Shown: piece after piece, positions 1 through 10,678 of the stretch
How the letters are laid out: every line of letters begins with the position of its first letter
Numbering within the stretch: position 1 is the first letter of the stretch
NCBI RefSeq assembly: GCF_020745735.1
Contig: NC_083409.1
Coordinates: 9,661,534 to 9,725,533, forward strand
Origin: Hemiscyllium ocellatum
Taxonomy: Eukaryota
Direction: 5' to 3'
Length of the DNA stretch: 64,000 nt
Notes under the pieces: model-generated
What the model saw: only the letters and a program-made list of their open reading frames with translations
Told to the model about the DNA's origin: nothing
Database searches by the model: none
Position numbers and translations under genes: made by a program

Positions 1-345
1 CATGGCTTAGAAAGGGTGGATGCTGGGAAGTTGTTTCCATGAGACAGGGAGACTAGAACCCGTGGCCATAGCCTTAGAATTAGAGGGGGTCAATTTAGAA
101 TGGAAATGAGCAGACATTTCGTCAGCCAGAGAGTGGTTGGTCTGTGGAATTCATTGCCACAGAGGCCGGGATGTTAAATGTCTTCAAGGCAGAGATTGAT
201 AAATTCTTGATCTCGCAAGGAATTAAGGGCTACGAGGAGAGTGCGGGTGAGTGGAATTGAAATACCCATCAGCCATGATTGAATGGTGGAGTGGACTCAA
301 TGGGTCGAATGGCCTTACTTCCACTCCTATGTCTTATGGTCTTCA
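1..345 (+). mobile_element. CR1-type LINE 3' fragment (RT C-terminus and 3' UTR)
   Basis: Has the CR1 end motifs (cagccagagagtggtt..ctgtggaattcattgcc, aaggcagagattgataaattcttg, atcagccatgattgaatgg..gaatggccttacttc). Near-identical text recurs at 17.9-18.2, 46.6-46.8 and 53.0-53.3 kb. Confidence 0.8.
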
Positions 346-404
346 TTTTTAAACTTCTCTATCAAATCTCGTTTTCAAAGTTCTCTATTCGGTCACTAGT
401 TTAT

Positions 405-1118
405 TCAGTTAATGGTCGGCCCTGGGGAGTGTTGCTGAACAAAGAGACCTTGGGATGCAGGTGCATAGTTTCTTGAAAGTGGAGTTGCCGGTAGAAAGGG
501 TCGTGAAGAAGGCATTTGGCATGCTTGCCTTCATTAGTCAGAACATTGACTGTAGTGGTTGAGGCATTGCGTTGCAGCTATACAGGACATTGGTGAGGCT
601 TCGTCTGGAATACTGCATACAGTTCTGATTGCCTTTCTATAGGAAGGATGTTAAACTTGAGAGGGTGCAGAAAAGATTTACAAGGATGTTGCTGGGACTG
701 AGTTACAGGGAGAGGCTGAATAGGCTGAAGTATTTTTCCCATGGAGCATTGGGGGCTGAAGGGTTTTTGTCAAGGTTTGTAAAATCATGAGGGGCAAGGA
801 TAGGGTGAATAGCCAAGATTTTTTTCTCAGGGCAGTGGAGTCTGTAAACTAGAGGGCAAAGGTTTAAGTTGAGAAGTGAAGATTTAAAAAGGGCCTGAGA
901 GGTCACGTTTTCAGCCAGAGGGTGCTATATACATGGAATGAGCTGCCAGAGTGGTGGAGAGGGGCTCAATTTTAACTTTTTGAAAGCATCGGGATGTGTA
1001 CATGAATAGGAAGTGTTGAGAAGGATATGGACCAAATGCTGGCAAATGGGGACTAGGTCACGTTGAGATAACTGGTTTGTGCGGGTGAGTTGGGTCTGTT
1101 GTATAACTGACTCTATGA
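405..1118 (+). mobile_element. CR1-type LINE 3' fragment, decayed
   Basis: Decayed RT C-terminal text (LEYCIQF..RKDV.KLERVQKRFTRMLLGL) followed by the CR1 3' UTR ending ctctatgac. Confidence 0.8.
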
Positions 1119-2109
1119 CCCCTTGCCTTTTGACCCACATGCTCAATCAATCTTTTGAGATGAAATATTTCACGGCCAGATCTATCTGGAGTTTAACATT
1201 TTTTTTTAAAAAAGATGCATTTGTAATGAAGTTGGTCTGTTTATTCTGTATGTGAAAAAGAAAGAGAATAAATCATTATTTTTAAAGACGAAATGATGGC
1301 TGAAGGTTGACATAAAACCTGTATAATTGCTGCTGCAGAATATTATATGTTAATATAGAATATAATCAGTTCAGTTGGGTGGGTTTTTGAGATGTGCCTT
1401 AAAGCAGTCTAGTGGGTGAAAGATTTCTCCAAAATATTGAGTGTTGTTGGAATAGAGAACTGCCACATATATTGTGTTCTGACCCCCATGCTGTAATTTT
1501 TCAAACAATGAAATGGAGAAAATCACTGCCCATTCATATTCAATCCCCTTTTATACATGAAATGTGACCTTTGTTTTGCTTCTCACTTCCCTATCTCTAT
1601 CTCCTGAGGATCTGAAACCTGAATACAGGCTGAGGTAACTAGTTGTTGTCAGGAAAAACCACTTAACCAATGCTGTTACTAACTTAAGAGGGAACAAAAT
1701 GGCTTCTCAATGCAAATAATATGACAAAATGGCTTCTAGGCTGCAAATTGACAATTCTGTGAAAAGCTGCATAAAATAGCTTTGAACGCTGTTAGAGCTG
1801 CATCATTGACTAATCACAGTCTGCCTCATCAGAGATTAGCAGACAATGCTTCCTTTACAGCATAGAAATAACTAGACTAGATGAGACATTACTGGCCAAT
1901 CTAACTGACCTTCAAGTTCCGATGGCAAGACTCAGTTAGTGAGGTTAGGGTGGCTTAAATGTTGGAAAACAAAGTTGGTTCCCAGGAAATATCATTGTCC
2001 CGAGTAGCTGTTAGTTAAAATTGTTTCATAAGTTAGTTGGTAATTGTCTGAATGTACTATATGATAATGGTCTGTACCTTTCTTTGAGACGTATAAAAAT
2101 GTCTGTTTT

Positions 2110-3035
2110 AAGAGATGTAGGTTTGCTCGCCAGACGTTTCATTACCTGGCTAGGTAACATCATCAGTGGCGACCTCCAAGTGAAGCGAAGCTGTTGTCTC
2201 CTGCTTTCTATTTATATCTTTCTCCTGGATGGGGTTCCTTGGGTTTGTGGTGATGTCATTTCCTGTTCGTTTTCTGAGGAGTTGGGAGATGGCACCTAGA
2301 TCTATGGTTTTGTTTAAGGCGTTATAGTTGGAGTGCTAGGCCTCTAGGAATTCTCTGTCATGTCTTTGCGTAGCCAGTCCCAGGATAGATGTGTTGTCCC
2401 AGGATAGATGTGTTGTCCCAGGCGAAATGGTATTTTTTTTCATCCGTGTGTAGGGCTACGAGGGAGAGAGGGTTGTGTCTTTTTGTGGTTAGCTGGTGTC
2501 CGTGTATCCTGGTGGCGAACTTTCTTCCTGTTTGTCCTATGGAGTGTTTGTGGCAGTCCTTGCATGGAATTTTGTAGATGACGTTGGCTTTGTCCATGGG
2601 TTGTACTGGGTCTTTTAAGTTTGTTAGTTTTTGTTTGAGTGTTGGTGGGTTTGTGTGCTACTAGGATTCCGAGGGGTCTTGGTAGTCTTGCTGTCATTTC
2701 TGAAACTACTTTGATGTATGGTAAAGTGGTTAGGGTTTCTGGCTGTGTTTGGTCTGCTTGTCATGGTTTGTTCTTGAGGAATCTGTGCACCTTGTTTTTT
2801 GAATATCCGTTCTTCTTGAATACGTTGTATAAGGTGGTTCTCCTCTGTTTTCCGAAGTTTGTCTGTGCTGCAGTGTGTGGTGGCTCGTTGGAATAGTGTT
2901 CTGATACAGCTTTGTTTGGAGGTCGCCACTGATGATGTTACCTAGCCAGGTAATGAAATGTCTGGATATCAAACCTACAGTTCAGCGAGCAAACCTACAC
3001 CCTAAACCTCAACCTGAGATACAAACCTTGCAAAT
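2110..3035 (-). mobile_element. Penelope-like element (Penelope/Poseidon type), truncated, with inverted pseudo-LTR arrangement
   Basis: Minus-strand fragments encode a GIY-YIG endonuclease (ANVIYKIPCKDCHKHSIGQTGRKFATRIHGHQ) and the RT thumb (KQSCIRTLFQRATTHCST). Segment 2127-2180 recurs inverted at 2914-2965. Confidence 0.8.
2127..2172 (-). ncRNA. Minimal type I hammerhead ribozyme motif (PLE pLTR)
   Basis: Minus strand reads tcgcca-CTGATGA-t-gttacct/agcc/aggtaat-GAAAC-GTC^-tggcga. Stem I (tcgcca/tggcga), stem II and the core are intact, with the minimal ACGU palindromic stem III. A degenerate inverted copy (GAAAT) lies at 2923-2965 (+). Confidence 0.7.
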
Positions 3036-3879
3036 GTCTGTTTTAAGCCATATGCACAGCTCCTCTGAGGAACATGGAAGTGTATAACCTCTGTGTTTGT
3101 GGACGATCTGTGCCTGGCCGTATGAAAAATAAAGAATGAAATGTTAAAGAACCAGACCAATTGTGAGTGCTTTTTCACCGATCACGGAACAGAGAGACCA
3201 CCGCCCCCCTCCCTCCCCCAACTGCACCAGGGGTCCAGATCTTCGCTACCAGTATTGTCTGAAGAATGTCTTGCTCCAGCTTGGCAAGCCAGTTACATAT
3301 ACATTGAGTACTGTTCTGTGGTCACCTTCAGTGTCAGAAGAACCTGCATGCCATGTTGTCAATTGCTGGTCTCACCTTGGAATGTCGGAGTGAGTGCCAT
3401 GCATGCTACTTGATGCTGACTCCTTTCTTTTTATACCGTCTGTACCAAACCCAGTACCATTTTCATTCACCTTCCATCAGTTTGTGCTAAGACGCTGCAG
3501 TTATATTCTCCTTCAGATGTTGGTAACAGTGATTCATTTAAAATGTATAAGCTCCTGGTTTGGGCAGTATGAACCATGTAATTCCTTAACATTAATGCAC
3601 TCATATCAATGCATGCATATGTGGAAAATAAAAATTGCTATGCTTTTAAATGTCACATGGTAGCTTTTTTTTAGCATTTTTGCATTTCATTGCTGTATCA
3701 TCAGATCAGTACAGTAATGTGCATATTTTTTTTTCAAATCTATCATAAATTGGAGTGAGAATTATTTTGCTTTTCTCGAAGACTTTTTTGACAGCTGGCT
3801 GTCTTTTCATTATTGTAACTCCTATAAGACAGATGTACAGAAAGCTGGTTTTGTAATTTAAAGTATGACTCATAACTGG

Positions 3880-4410
3880 AGATGAGTCGTATTGCGTGCA
3901 ATTCTGGTTTCCCTCCTATTGGAAAGATGTTGTGAAACTTGAAAGGGTTTAGAAAAGATTTACCAGGATGTTGCCAGGGTTGGAGGATCTGAGGACAGAG
4001 AGAGGTTAAGCAGGATAAATGGGTTCGGGCTGTTTTCCCTGGAGTGTCGAAAGCTGAGGCGTGACCTTCAAGAGTTTACAAATTCATGAGGGACAAAGTC
4101 TTTTCTGTGGGATGGGGGGAGTCCAGAACTAGAGGGCATAGGTTTAGGGTGAGAGGGGAAAGATATAAAAGAGACCTAAGGGGGAATGTTTTCACTCAGA
4201 GGGTGGTATCTGTATGGAATAAGCTGCCAGAGGAAGTGGTGGAGGCGAGTACAATTGCAACATTTAAAAGGCATCTGGATGGGTATATGAATAGGAGGGA
4301 TATGGGCCAGGTGTTGGCAGGTGGGACTAGTTTGGGTTGGGATATCTGGTCGGCATGGACGAGTTAGACTGGAGAGTCTGTTTCCGTGCTGTACATCCCT
4401 ATGACTCTAA
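3880..4410 (+). mobile_element. CR1-type LINE 3' fragment
   Basis: ORF 4086-4367 (RTRGHRFRVRGERYKRDLRGNVFTQRVVSVWNKLPEEVVEA) is the CR1 RT C-terminus. The fragment ends in the ctatgactct tail. Confidence 0.85.
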
Positions 4411-4569
4411 AAGCAATTTATGATGATCTAGTGGAAATAAAATCGTGCAACAATTTTGTGATTCTGCCTGGGGTTATCATTGTTCAATTGCCAGCTTTAC
4501 CTATTGCAGACTGTACTGTACTGAAGGTTAGACAGAAATGGGGGAATGTTGCTCATTGAAAGTGATTAA

Positions 4570-4623
4570 GTTAGACGGCTACAGAGATAAGTCTGGACAG
4601 TGGGACTATCTCAGTAGCTCTTT
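4570..4623 (+). mobile_element. Left half of a CR1 3' UTR interrupted by the R2 element
   Basis: gacagtgggactatctcagtagctcttt joined to 9228 onward (gtagccggaatcgacacaatgggttgaatggcctcattctgtactgtaaaattctatgatt) restores a CR1 3' end colinear with the uninterrupted copy at 50852-50925. Confidence 0.7.
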
Positions 4624-4780
4624 GGGGGATGTGACTACAGTGTTTTAAGGTTGTTGGTCTCCGACCGGTGCCTGGGTAGTCACCTTTGTGATCGTTTGTA
4701 CGTATTTTATCGATTACAAAGTAAGGTCGAACCTCCTCGTGGTTCCCCCGGTAACGACCTGGAAGAGGAAGCTTTTGACC
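4624..4780 (+). ncRNA. HDV-like (R2-type) ribozyme core at the element 5' end
   Basis: P1 GGGGGA(4624-29)/TCCCCC(4744-49). P3-L3 ACC-TCCTCGT-GGT (4731-43), the R2 signature. P1.1 CC/GG(4750-51). P2 5' strand (A)GGTCGA(4724-30) can pair with CGACCT(4755-60) or TTGACC(4775-80). J1/2 has two stems: gtgactac/gtagtcac and tttgtgatcg/cgattacaaa. The J4/2 strand is non-canonical. Confidence 0.7.
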
Positions 4781-4997
4781 GGGAGGCAATTTTAAATTGT
4801 CGAGTGGTTGTTTTAGTTTGGTTTGATCAGTGGTTTTAGCATCGATTTTATCCCTGGTTTTACCTGTACTATACGCCACTGGCAGTTTTATTGTTTCTCT
4901 CTGTCGTTTGAGCAATACTCAGACCTGGCCGGCGAATACGACCTCAGAAAAGATACGAGACGGCTGGTGACCATTCGGTCTAAATCAGAAACAAAAT

Positions 4998-7900
4998 TTG
5001 GCTGCGGCGATTATGGCCAATTCCAAAAATTCCGGTTGGGTGGGAGACCGGGTAAATAACTGCCCCACACGGTTGCTATTGGTGACACCATGCGCAAAAT
5101 GTGTTAGCCGAAAATGGACTGGACAATCCGTCTCGACACAGACGGAAGAGACTATAAGGATTATTCCGGCAAGGCTGTCCTCGGGCAGGCACGAGGAAGT
5201 CAGTAATATCGTCCAGAATGAGCAGGACGTAATTGGAAGAGAATGACTAGTAGAGGAGGCCCCTCTGCAGTCGAGTTCATTTAACAGCCAGACAATTTTT
5301 AATTCGAATTTTACTGGGCCATTTGATTTTAGTCGATGTGGAGAATCAGAGAGAGGCGAGGAGAGGGATGAAGGTAGGATAATCCACCCAATAATTAGGG
5401 ATAATGATAAAATAGAGGTAATAATTAAATACCCAGTAGATAATTTTAATTATAACTATTGTAATAACATTTATAATACTACGGGGAGGTTTAGGCAGCA
5501 TTTAAAGATATGTAAGGGAATTAAATCAGTTAGAGTTAGATGTAATAAATGTGAATGGGAAGGGAATTACCAAGCCGTAGCATGCCACTATCCTAAATGT
5601 TCTAAGAATGATAATGGTAATAATAATGAGATTGATAGTAATAACAGTAATAATAATGACCAAGGAGAGAGAGAGCAACCATACCAATGTGAATTATGTC
5701 CTTTAAACTTTAAGACAAGCAGAGGTTTGGGGCAACATGAATGACATGTTCATCCCATTTTAAGAAATGAGAAAAGGAAAAGAGGAAAGGTAGAGAGTAG
5801 GAATAAGATGGAGAATAAGGAGGGTAGTAAGAAAGGAATATGGTCTCAGGAAGAAGTGGAAATGCTGCAACAGTTAGAAGTAGAATTTAGTGGCTGTAAA
5901 AACATTAATAAAGCTACAGCTGAGAAATTAGGTTCTAAAAAGGCAAAACAAATTTCAGATAAGAAGAGGTTATTAAATAAGAAAGATAAAAGGCATGATG
6001 ACTGTAAAGGTATAGATCAAGAACTGGTTCTTAATATGAGTGATAGTGATGAAATGGATAATTGTGATCGGGAGATAGATAAGGTAGTAGAGGAAGAAAG
6101 ATTAAAGAGAAAGAGTGATCAAGAGAGTAATAATATTATGGATAGAGTAGACTATGAGAGCAAATCACTCATAGAATTACTTAAAATAGTAGAGGACGAT
6201 ATGGGAAAGAATAAAGGCATGAGTAAGGAATTTGAGAATATAATGAATATGATAAATTGGGAACGAATAAGGAGGTGGATAAAGGTAAGAAGGAGACTCA
6301 TTGTAAACAAACAGGTTTGAAGCAAAGGGATAGTGGATAAAGAATGAAAAGTAAGGAAAATAAGGCGAAGAGAAGGTATAGTAGAAAGAAAGGTAAATTT
6401 AAAGAAATGCAGGTCTTATATAAAACAAATACACAATACCTGGCTAGAACCCTAATGGGGGCTCCACTTAGATGTGAATGCCCCCTAAGTAATGAAGAAT
6501 TAGAATACTATAAAGAAAGATTAACTAACTCTAATGATAAAAATAATTTGAGAGGTTTTGCCAAATATAAAAGGCATGGGGAGGGATCGGAGGATGGGAC
6601 TCTGACAAGTCCTGTGACAGTAGAAGACGTGAATCATGCCATTAAGGCGTTGGACATAAAAACTGCTGCAGGGCTAGATAGGGTAACATTGAAAGGGATA
6701 GTGAAGATATTTAATAAAGATAATACAGTACTTCCTAGAATATATACTATTTGGTTGAAATCGGGTATAATACTGGATCAAATGAAATCAAGTAGAACTG
6801 TATTGATTCCCAAAGTGAGCGTTGAAGAAGGGTTGAAGGATATTAATTGGAGACCAATAACTATAGGGCCAATTATGCTCAGAATATTTACTAAAATTAT
6901 AGCCAGTAGATTAAGTAAAGTAATAAAGCTGAATAAAAGACAAAAGGGCTTTAAGGCTGGTGTAGCGGGTTGCGAGGAAAATATCAAAATCCTAGAAAAT
7001 ATTATTAATGGGGCTAAAAAGAATGAGAGAGATTTAGCGCTGGTTTTCGTGGATTTACCAAAAGCGTTTGACACATTGGGGCACAAATTAATTATAACAG
7101 CTCTTAAAAGACTCCAACTCCTGTCAATATTTATTAATTTGGTTGCAAATTTACACGATAACAATTTTATTCAAGTGGAAAGTTTTAAAACTAAAACAGG
7201 AAAGATTAAAATTTTAAGAGGGGTGAAGCAAGGTGATGCATTGTCGCCGATTCTTTCTAATATTGTAATGGACCCTCTGATTAGTACCATTGAAGAGAAG
7301 GAAAAAGGAATATTTTTAGGGATAGATAGGAAAAGCTATCACTGCGCAACATTAGCGTTTGCAGATGATATAGCATTAGTTAGTCAATCTTACGATGGCA
7401 TGGTGTATAATCTTAAACTTGTAGAAAAATTTTGTAAAAATGCGGGAATGGAGGTTAATATAAAGAAACGAAAGGGTTTTACTTATAAAAATAAGACAAT
7501 TATATATAATAAAATTAACAAAAAATTAAATGAAGGGAGCAGACAGTTTATAGAGCCAGGTACAGATAAACATTTAGGTGCTAAGATAGATCCGTGGATT
7601 GGCGTAAGCCAATCAAACTGGGAAAGCCAATTAGATATATGGTTAGGAAATTTAAAAAGATCCCCCTTAAAACCAGTTCAAAAAATAGAAATTTTAAAAA
7701 CATATTTTATTCCTAGACTATATTATTGCTTAGTTTTATCTGAAGTCTCTATTAATTATCTTAATAAATTAGATAATAAAATAAAAAGCGTAGTTAAAGA
7801 AATTTTACACCCTCCGCAATCCATCACAGATGGAGTATTATATGCCAAATCCCGTGATGGAGACCTTGCTTTAAATAGACTGTCAACCTTTATTCCAATC

Positions 7901-8855
7901 TCGATAATGAGGAAGTACGGGACGCTACAGAAATCTGAGGACGAAATCTTGCATGCATCATTTCGTTTCGAAGGTGACAGTGTGGCTGTAAAAATGTATA
8001 AGTTGAGTAAACTTAAAGTGATGGAAAATATCTGGAACCCGAACATTAATCGGCGATTGGGTGAAGAGGATACTATCAGGGAAAGGTAGTGAAGATGAGA
8101 TGGAAGAATTTAGCAGTATCAACTATGCTAATTGGAGGAGTACTGAGGTACAGAGATGGATGGCCCTCCCCTGTCAAGGAGCTGGGGTTCATTATTTTAA
8201 GAATGATAGTATATCCAATGGTTGGTTGACCAGAGTATAATATATGAAGACATCAAAAGTTATTAATTCGATTTTATTGAGAACAAATTTATATCCAACA
8301 AGAGCGTCAATGTCATATGGAAGGCCATGTAATATCAAGAATTGCAGAAGGTGTAATAATACGTTAGAAATGTTTGCGCACATCTCGGGGTGGTGCCCTT
8401 ATATTAAAAACATGAGGATCAAGAGGCATAATAGAATTGAAGAAGAATTAGTTAAGTACGTAAGGAAAAACGGGTGGACAGTTTATATAGAACCGAGAAT
8501 TAAAGATGAAGCTGGGAAACTTTGGATACCGGATCTAATCTTTAAAAGAGAACACCAGGTTGTTGTTGTGAATGTAACCATTAGAAGAGACCTTCAGATC
8601 AACTCGCTTGAATCAGCATGGGAAGAAAAGACAAACAAGTATAAACATCTAGGAAAAGAGCTAATGGACCTCATTGGTGGAGGAACGATATCCTTTTATG
8701 GTTTTGTGATTGAAGCCCGAGGGAAGTGGTTCGAAAAGAACACTGAGTTGATGAAAGACCTCGAGTTCTCGAAATTTAAATCTTTCGCACAGAATATCAC
8801 AACCCTTGTTTTGTCTTTGACCCTTGAACTTTTACGGATTTTTATGGACTCTTAA
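4998..8855 (+). pseudogene. R2 ORF (ZF3-ZF2-ZF1-Myb, reverse transcriptase, CCHC, restriction-like endonuclease), disrupted
   Basis: Translating across stops gives YCNNIYNTTGRFRQHLKIC (~5460), CNKCEWEGNYQAVACHYPKC (5541-5600), CELCPLNFKTSRGLGQHE*HVHP (5688-5756) and Myb WSQEEVEML. RT motifs: WRPITIG, QKGF, FVDLPKAFD, GVKQGDALSP, LAFADD. Then CRRCNNTLEMFAHISGWC, RHNRI, IPDLIF, KTNKY. Stops at 5244, 5742 and 8238; frameshifts near 6250-6345 and 8040-8090. Confidence 0.9.
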
Positions 8856-9227
8856 TTTCTCCCATTGACGTTATTTAATAATGTTTTAATAAGTTTTAGG
8901 TATTTTAATAGTTTTAATTAAGGATTTTAATACTTTTTGATGGTTTTATCAATAAAGGTTTAGTGTTTTAGATCACTTAGTTAAAAGGTAGTAGGTAGAT
9001 TGGGGTGTTAAAAATAAAGAGCACGCTTCACACAACAAGTGATGAGTGGCCGCCTAGTCTAACGGTTCATATGCCCAGCTCATCCCTTGCCTCGCTGAGA
9101 TTCTGATTTACAATGTATTTTGCCCTTCCCTTAAGATCTTTCCGGCTGTGGTTGCGTCGACAAGCGACGTTAAAATCTCGAAAAGGACACGATCCATCGC
9201 GTATGGTGAGTGCGTTTTTAAAAAAAA

Positions 9228-9294
9228 GTAGCCGGAATCGACACAATGGGTTGAATGGCCTCATTCTGTACTGTAAAATTCTATGATTCTATAA
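9228..9294 (+). mobile_element. Right half of the CR1 3' UTR and tail interrupted by R2
   Basis: gtagccgg..atgggttgaatggcctcattctgtactgtaaaattctatgattctat is the CR1 terminal motif; compare 50866-50925. Confidence 0.75.
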
Positions 9295-9509
9295 TTATGG
9301 ATGCTATATCTTTGTCACCACTGTCCAGGAAGGTGATATCAGGATGTATCCGTTATGAAATTACGGAGCTGATTATTCTGCATGTGCTGTGTGTTTTATG
9401 CTGCAAAGTTCCAACTTTATAAATTATTTCCCATGTTTCCAGGACTGGATCTGCAAAGAGCTGGAAATCTCTTACTGAGAGTGAAATATCCAAAGCCCCA
9501 TTACATTGT

Positions 9510-9832
9510 GGGCGGCACGGTGGCACAGTGGTTAGCACTGCTGCCTCACAGCACCTGAGACCCGGGTTCAATTCCCGACTCAGGTGACTGACTGTGTGGA
9601 GTTTGCACGTTCTCCCTGTGTCTGCGTGGGTTTCCTCCGGGTGCTCCGGTTTCCTCCCACAGTCCAAAGATGTGCGGGTCAGGTGAATTGGCCATGCTAA
9701 ATTGCCCGTAGTGTTAGGTAAGGGGTAAATGTAGGGGTATGGGTGGGTTTCGCTTCGGCGGGTCGGTGTGGACTTGTTGGGCCGAAGGGCCTGTTTCCAC
9801 ACTGTAAGTCTAATCTAATCTAAAAAAAAAAG
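9510..9832 (+). mobile_element. HE1-type shark SINE, full length
   Basis: tRNA-like head with A box (tggcacagtgg) and B box (gggttcaattccc), V-SINE core (gtggagtttgcacgttctccc) and a (taatc)n tail. Confidence 0.9.
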
Positions 9833-10309
9833 CAGGATATGTATGTGACACCACAAACTGTAGGGCTGGCTTCTTCACAACACCTATGTTGTTAAGGTAG
9901 TTCAGGATTGCAAAATTCCATAAAATGTTTACGAGTTGTTTAATAAATTGACTTTGTTTATTCAGCAGCAAACTACCAGCATTCAAAGCGGAAACTAACA
10001 TAAATAGACAGCTGATTTATCCGTTTTTTTTGTAATTCTGCAATTCTTCACGAACTGCTTTAGCTCAACATGTTCTCCCTTGTAGCTGGATTTTTTAATT
10101 TAGTTCACTATGTGACATCACTAAACCTTGTTTTTAAAGAATCTAAATAACATATTTCAAAAAGGCTTGTTCTTTGATGAAGAATGCACATTTTTTAGAA
10201 AGGTATAAAAATTGCATTCTCAAGTGCTTTCATTGCAAGATTATGTACAGTAAGTTCATGTCCCACTTCAGAGACCTGTGCTTTGTGAATCAGACTGATG
10301 CACCAGTGC

Positions 10310-10635
10310 AGTGCCATGGGTGTGCTTTGCTGTTCGAGTGCGATCGTTTGCTGAGCTGAGGCCCCGACTGCTCATCAGATAAATGCAAAGAGTCCTTTGC
10401 TACTTTTGGAAGACAAGCATAGAGGGTCCTTGTGGGTGTCTTAACTAATATTCAGTCTTCAACAAACACCTAAAACAGTTTATTTCATCTGTGTCATTGC
10501 TGGAAATTTACTGTTCAAAATTTGGTTTTGGACTTCCAATGTTTCAACCATGTGCTGAAAAATTATTTGATTCATTACAACAAGATTTTGGGGATCATTG
10601 ATTGTGAAAGACATTATATTTAGGCACTTTCTTTA
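10310..10635 (+). mobile_element. Old DeuSINE/SacSINE1-like SINE, highly diverged
   Basis: Degenerate match to the Deu-domain consensus as recalled (ggtgtcttaactaatattcagtcttcaacaaacacctaaaacag...gtgaaagacattatatttaggcactttcttt). Confidence 0.5.
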
Positions 10636-10678
10636 TAGATACCGAGTTATAAACACAAATTGCTTATATTTGTTACAG

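Larger units (their letters stand above)
4624..9227 (+). mobile_element. Full-length R2-family (clade A, three zinc fingers) non-LTR retrotransposon, mildly decayed, outside rDNA
   Basis: Architecture: 5' HDV-like ribozyme core, one long ORF (ZF-ZF-ZF-Myb-RT-CCHC-RLE), a ~370-nt 3' UTR and an A8 tail (9220-9227) followed by G-TAGCC. No 28S rRNA flanks are present. Confidence 0.9.

Noticed and set aside
4399-4408. CTATGACTCT, an exact match to the core of the 28S R2 target, just upstream of the R2 element
   Set aside because: It is the ordinary CR1 tail, also seen at ~44090 and ~55840, and lies ~215 bp from the actual junction.
4781-4802. GGCAAT as an alternative ribozyme J4/2 after a long P4 (4758-4783)
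   Set aside because: No P2-complementary strand follows it.
9510-9590. tRNA-like A/B boxes here and in other copies
   Set aside because: These are SINE heads followed by the V-SINE core, not tRNA genes.
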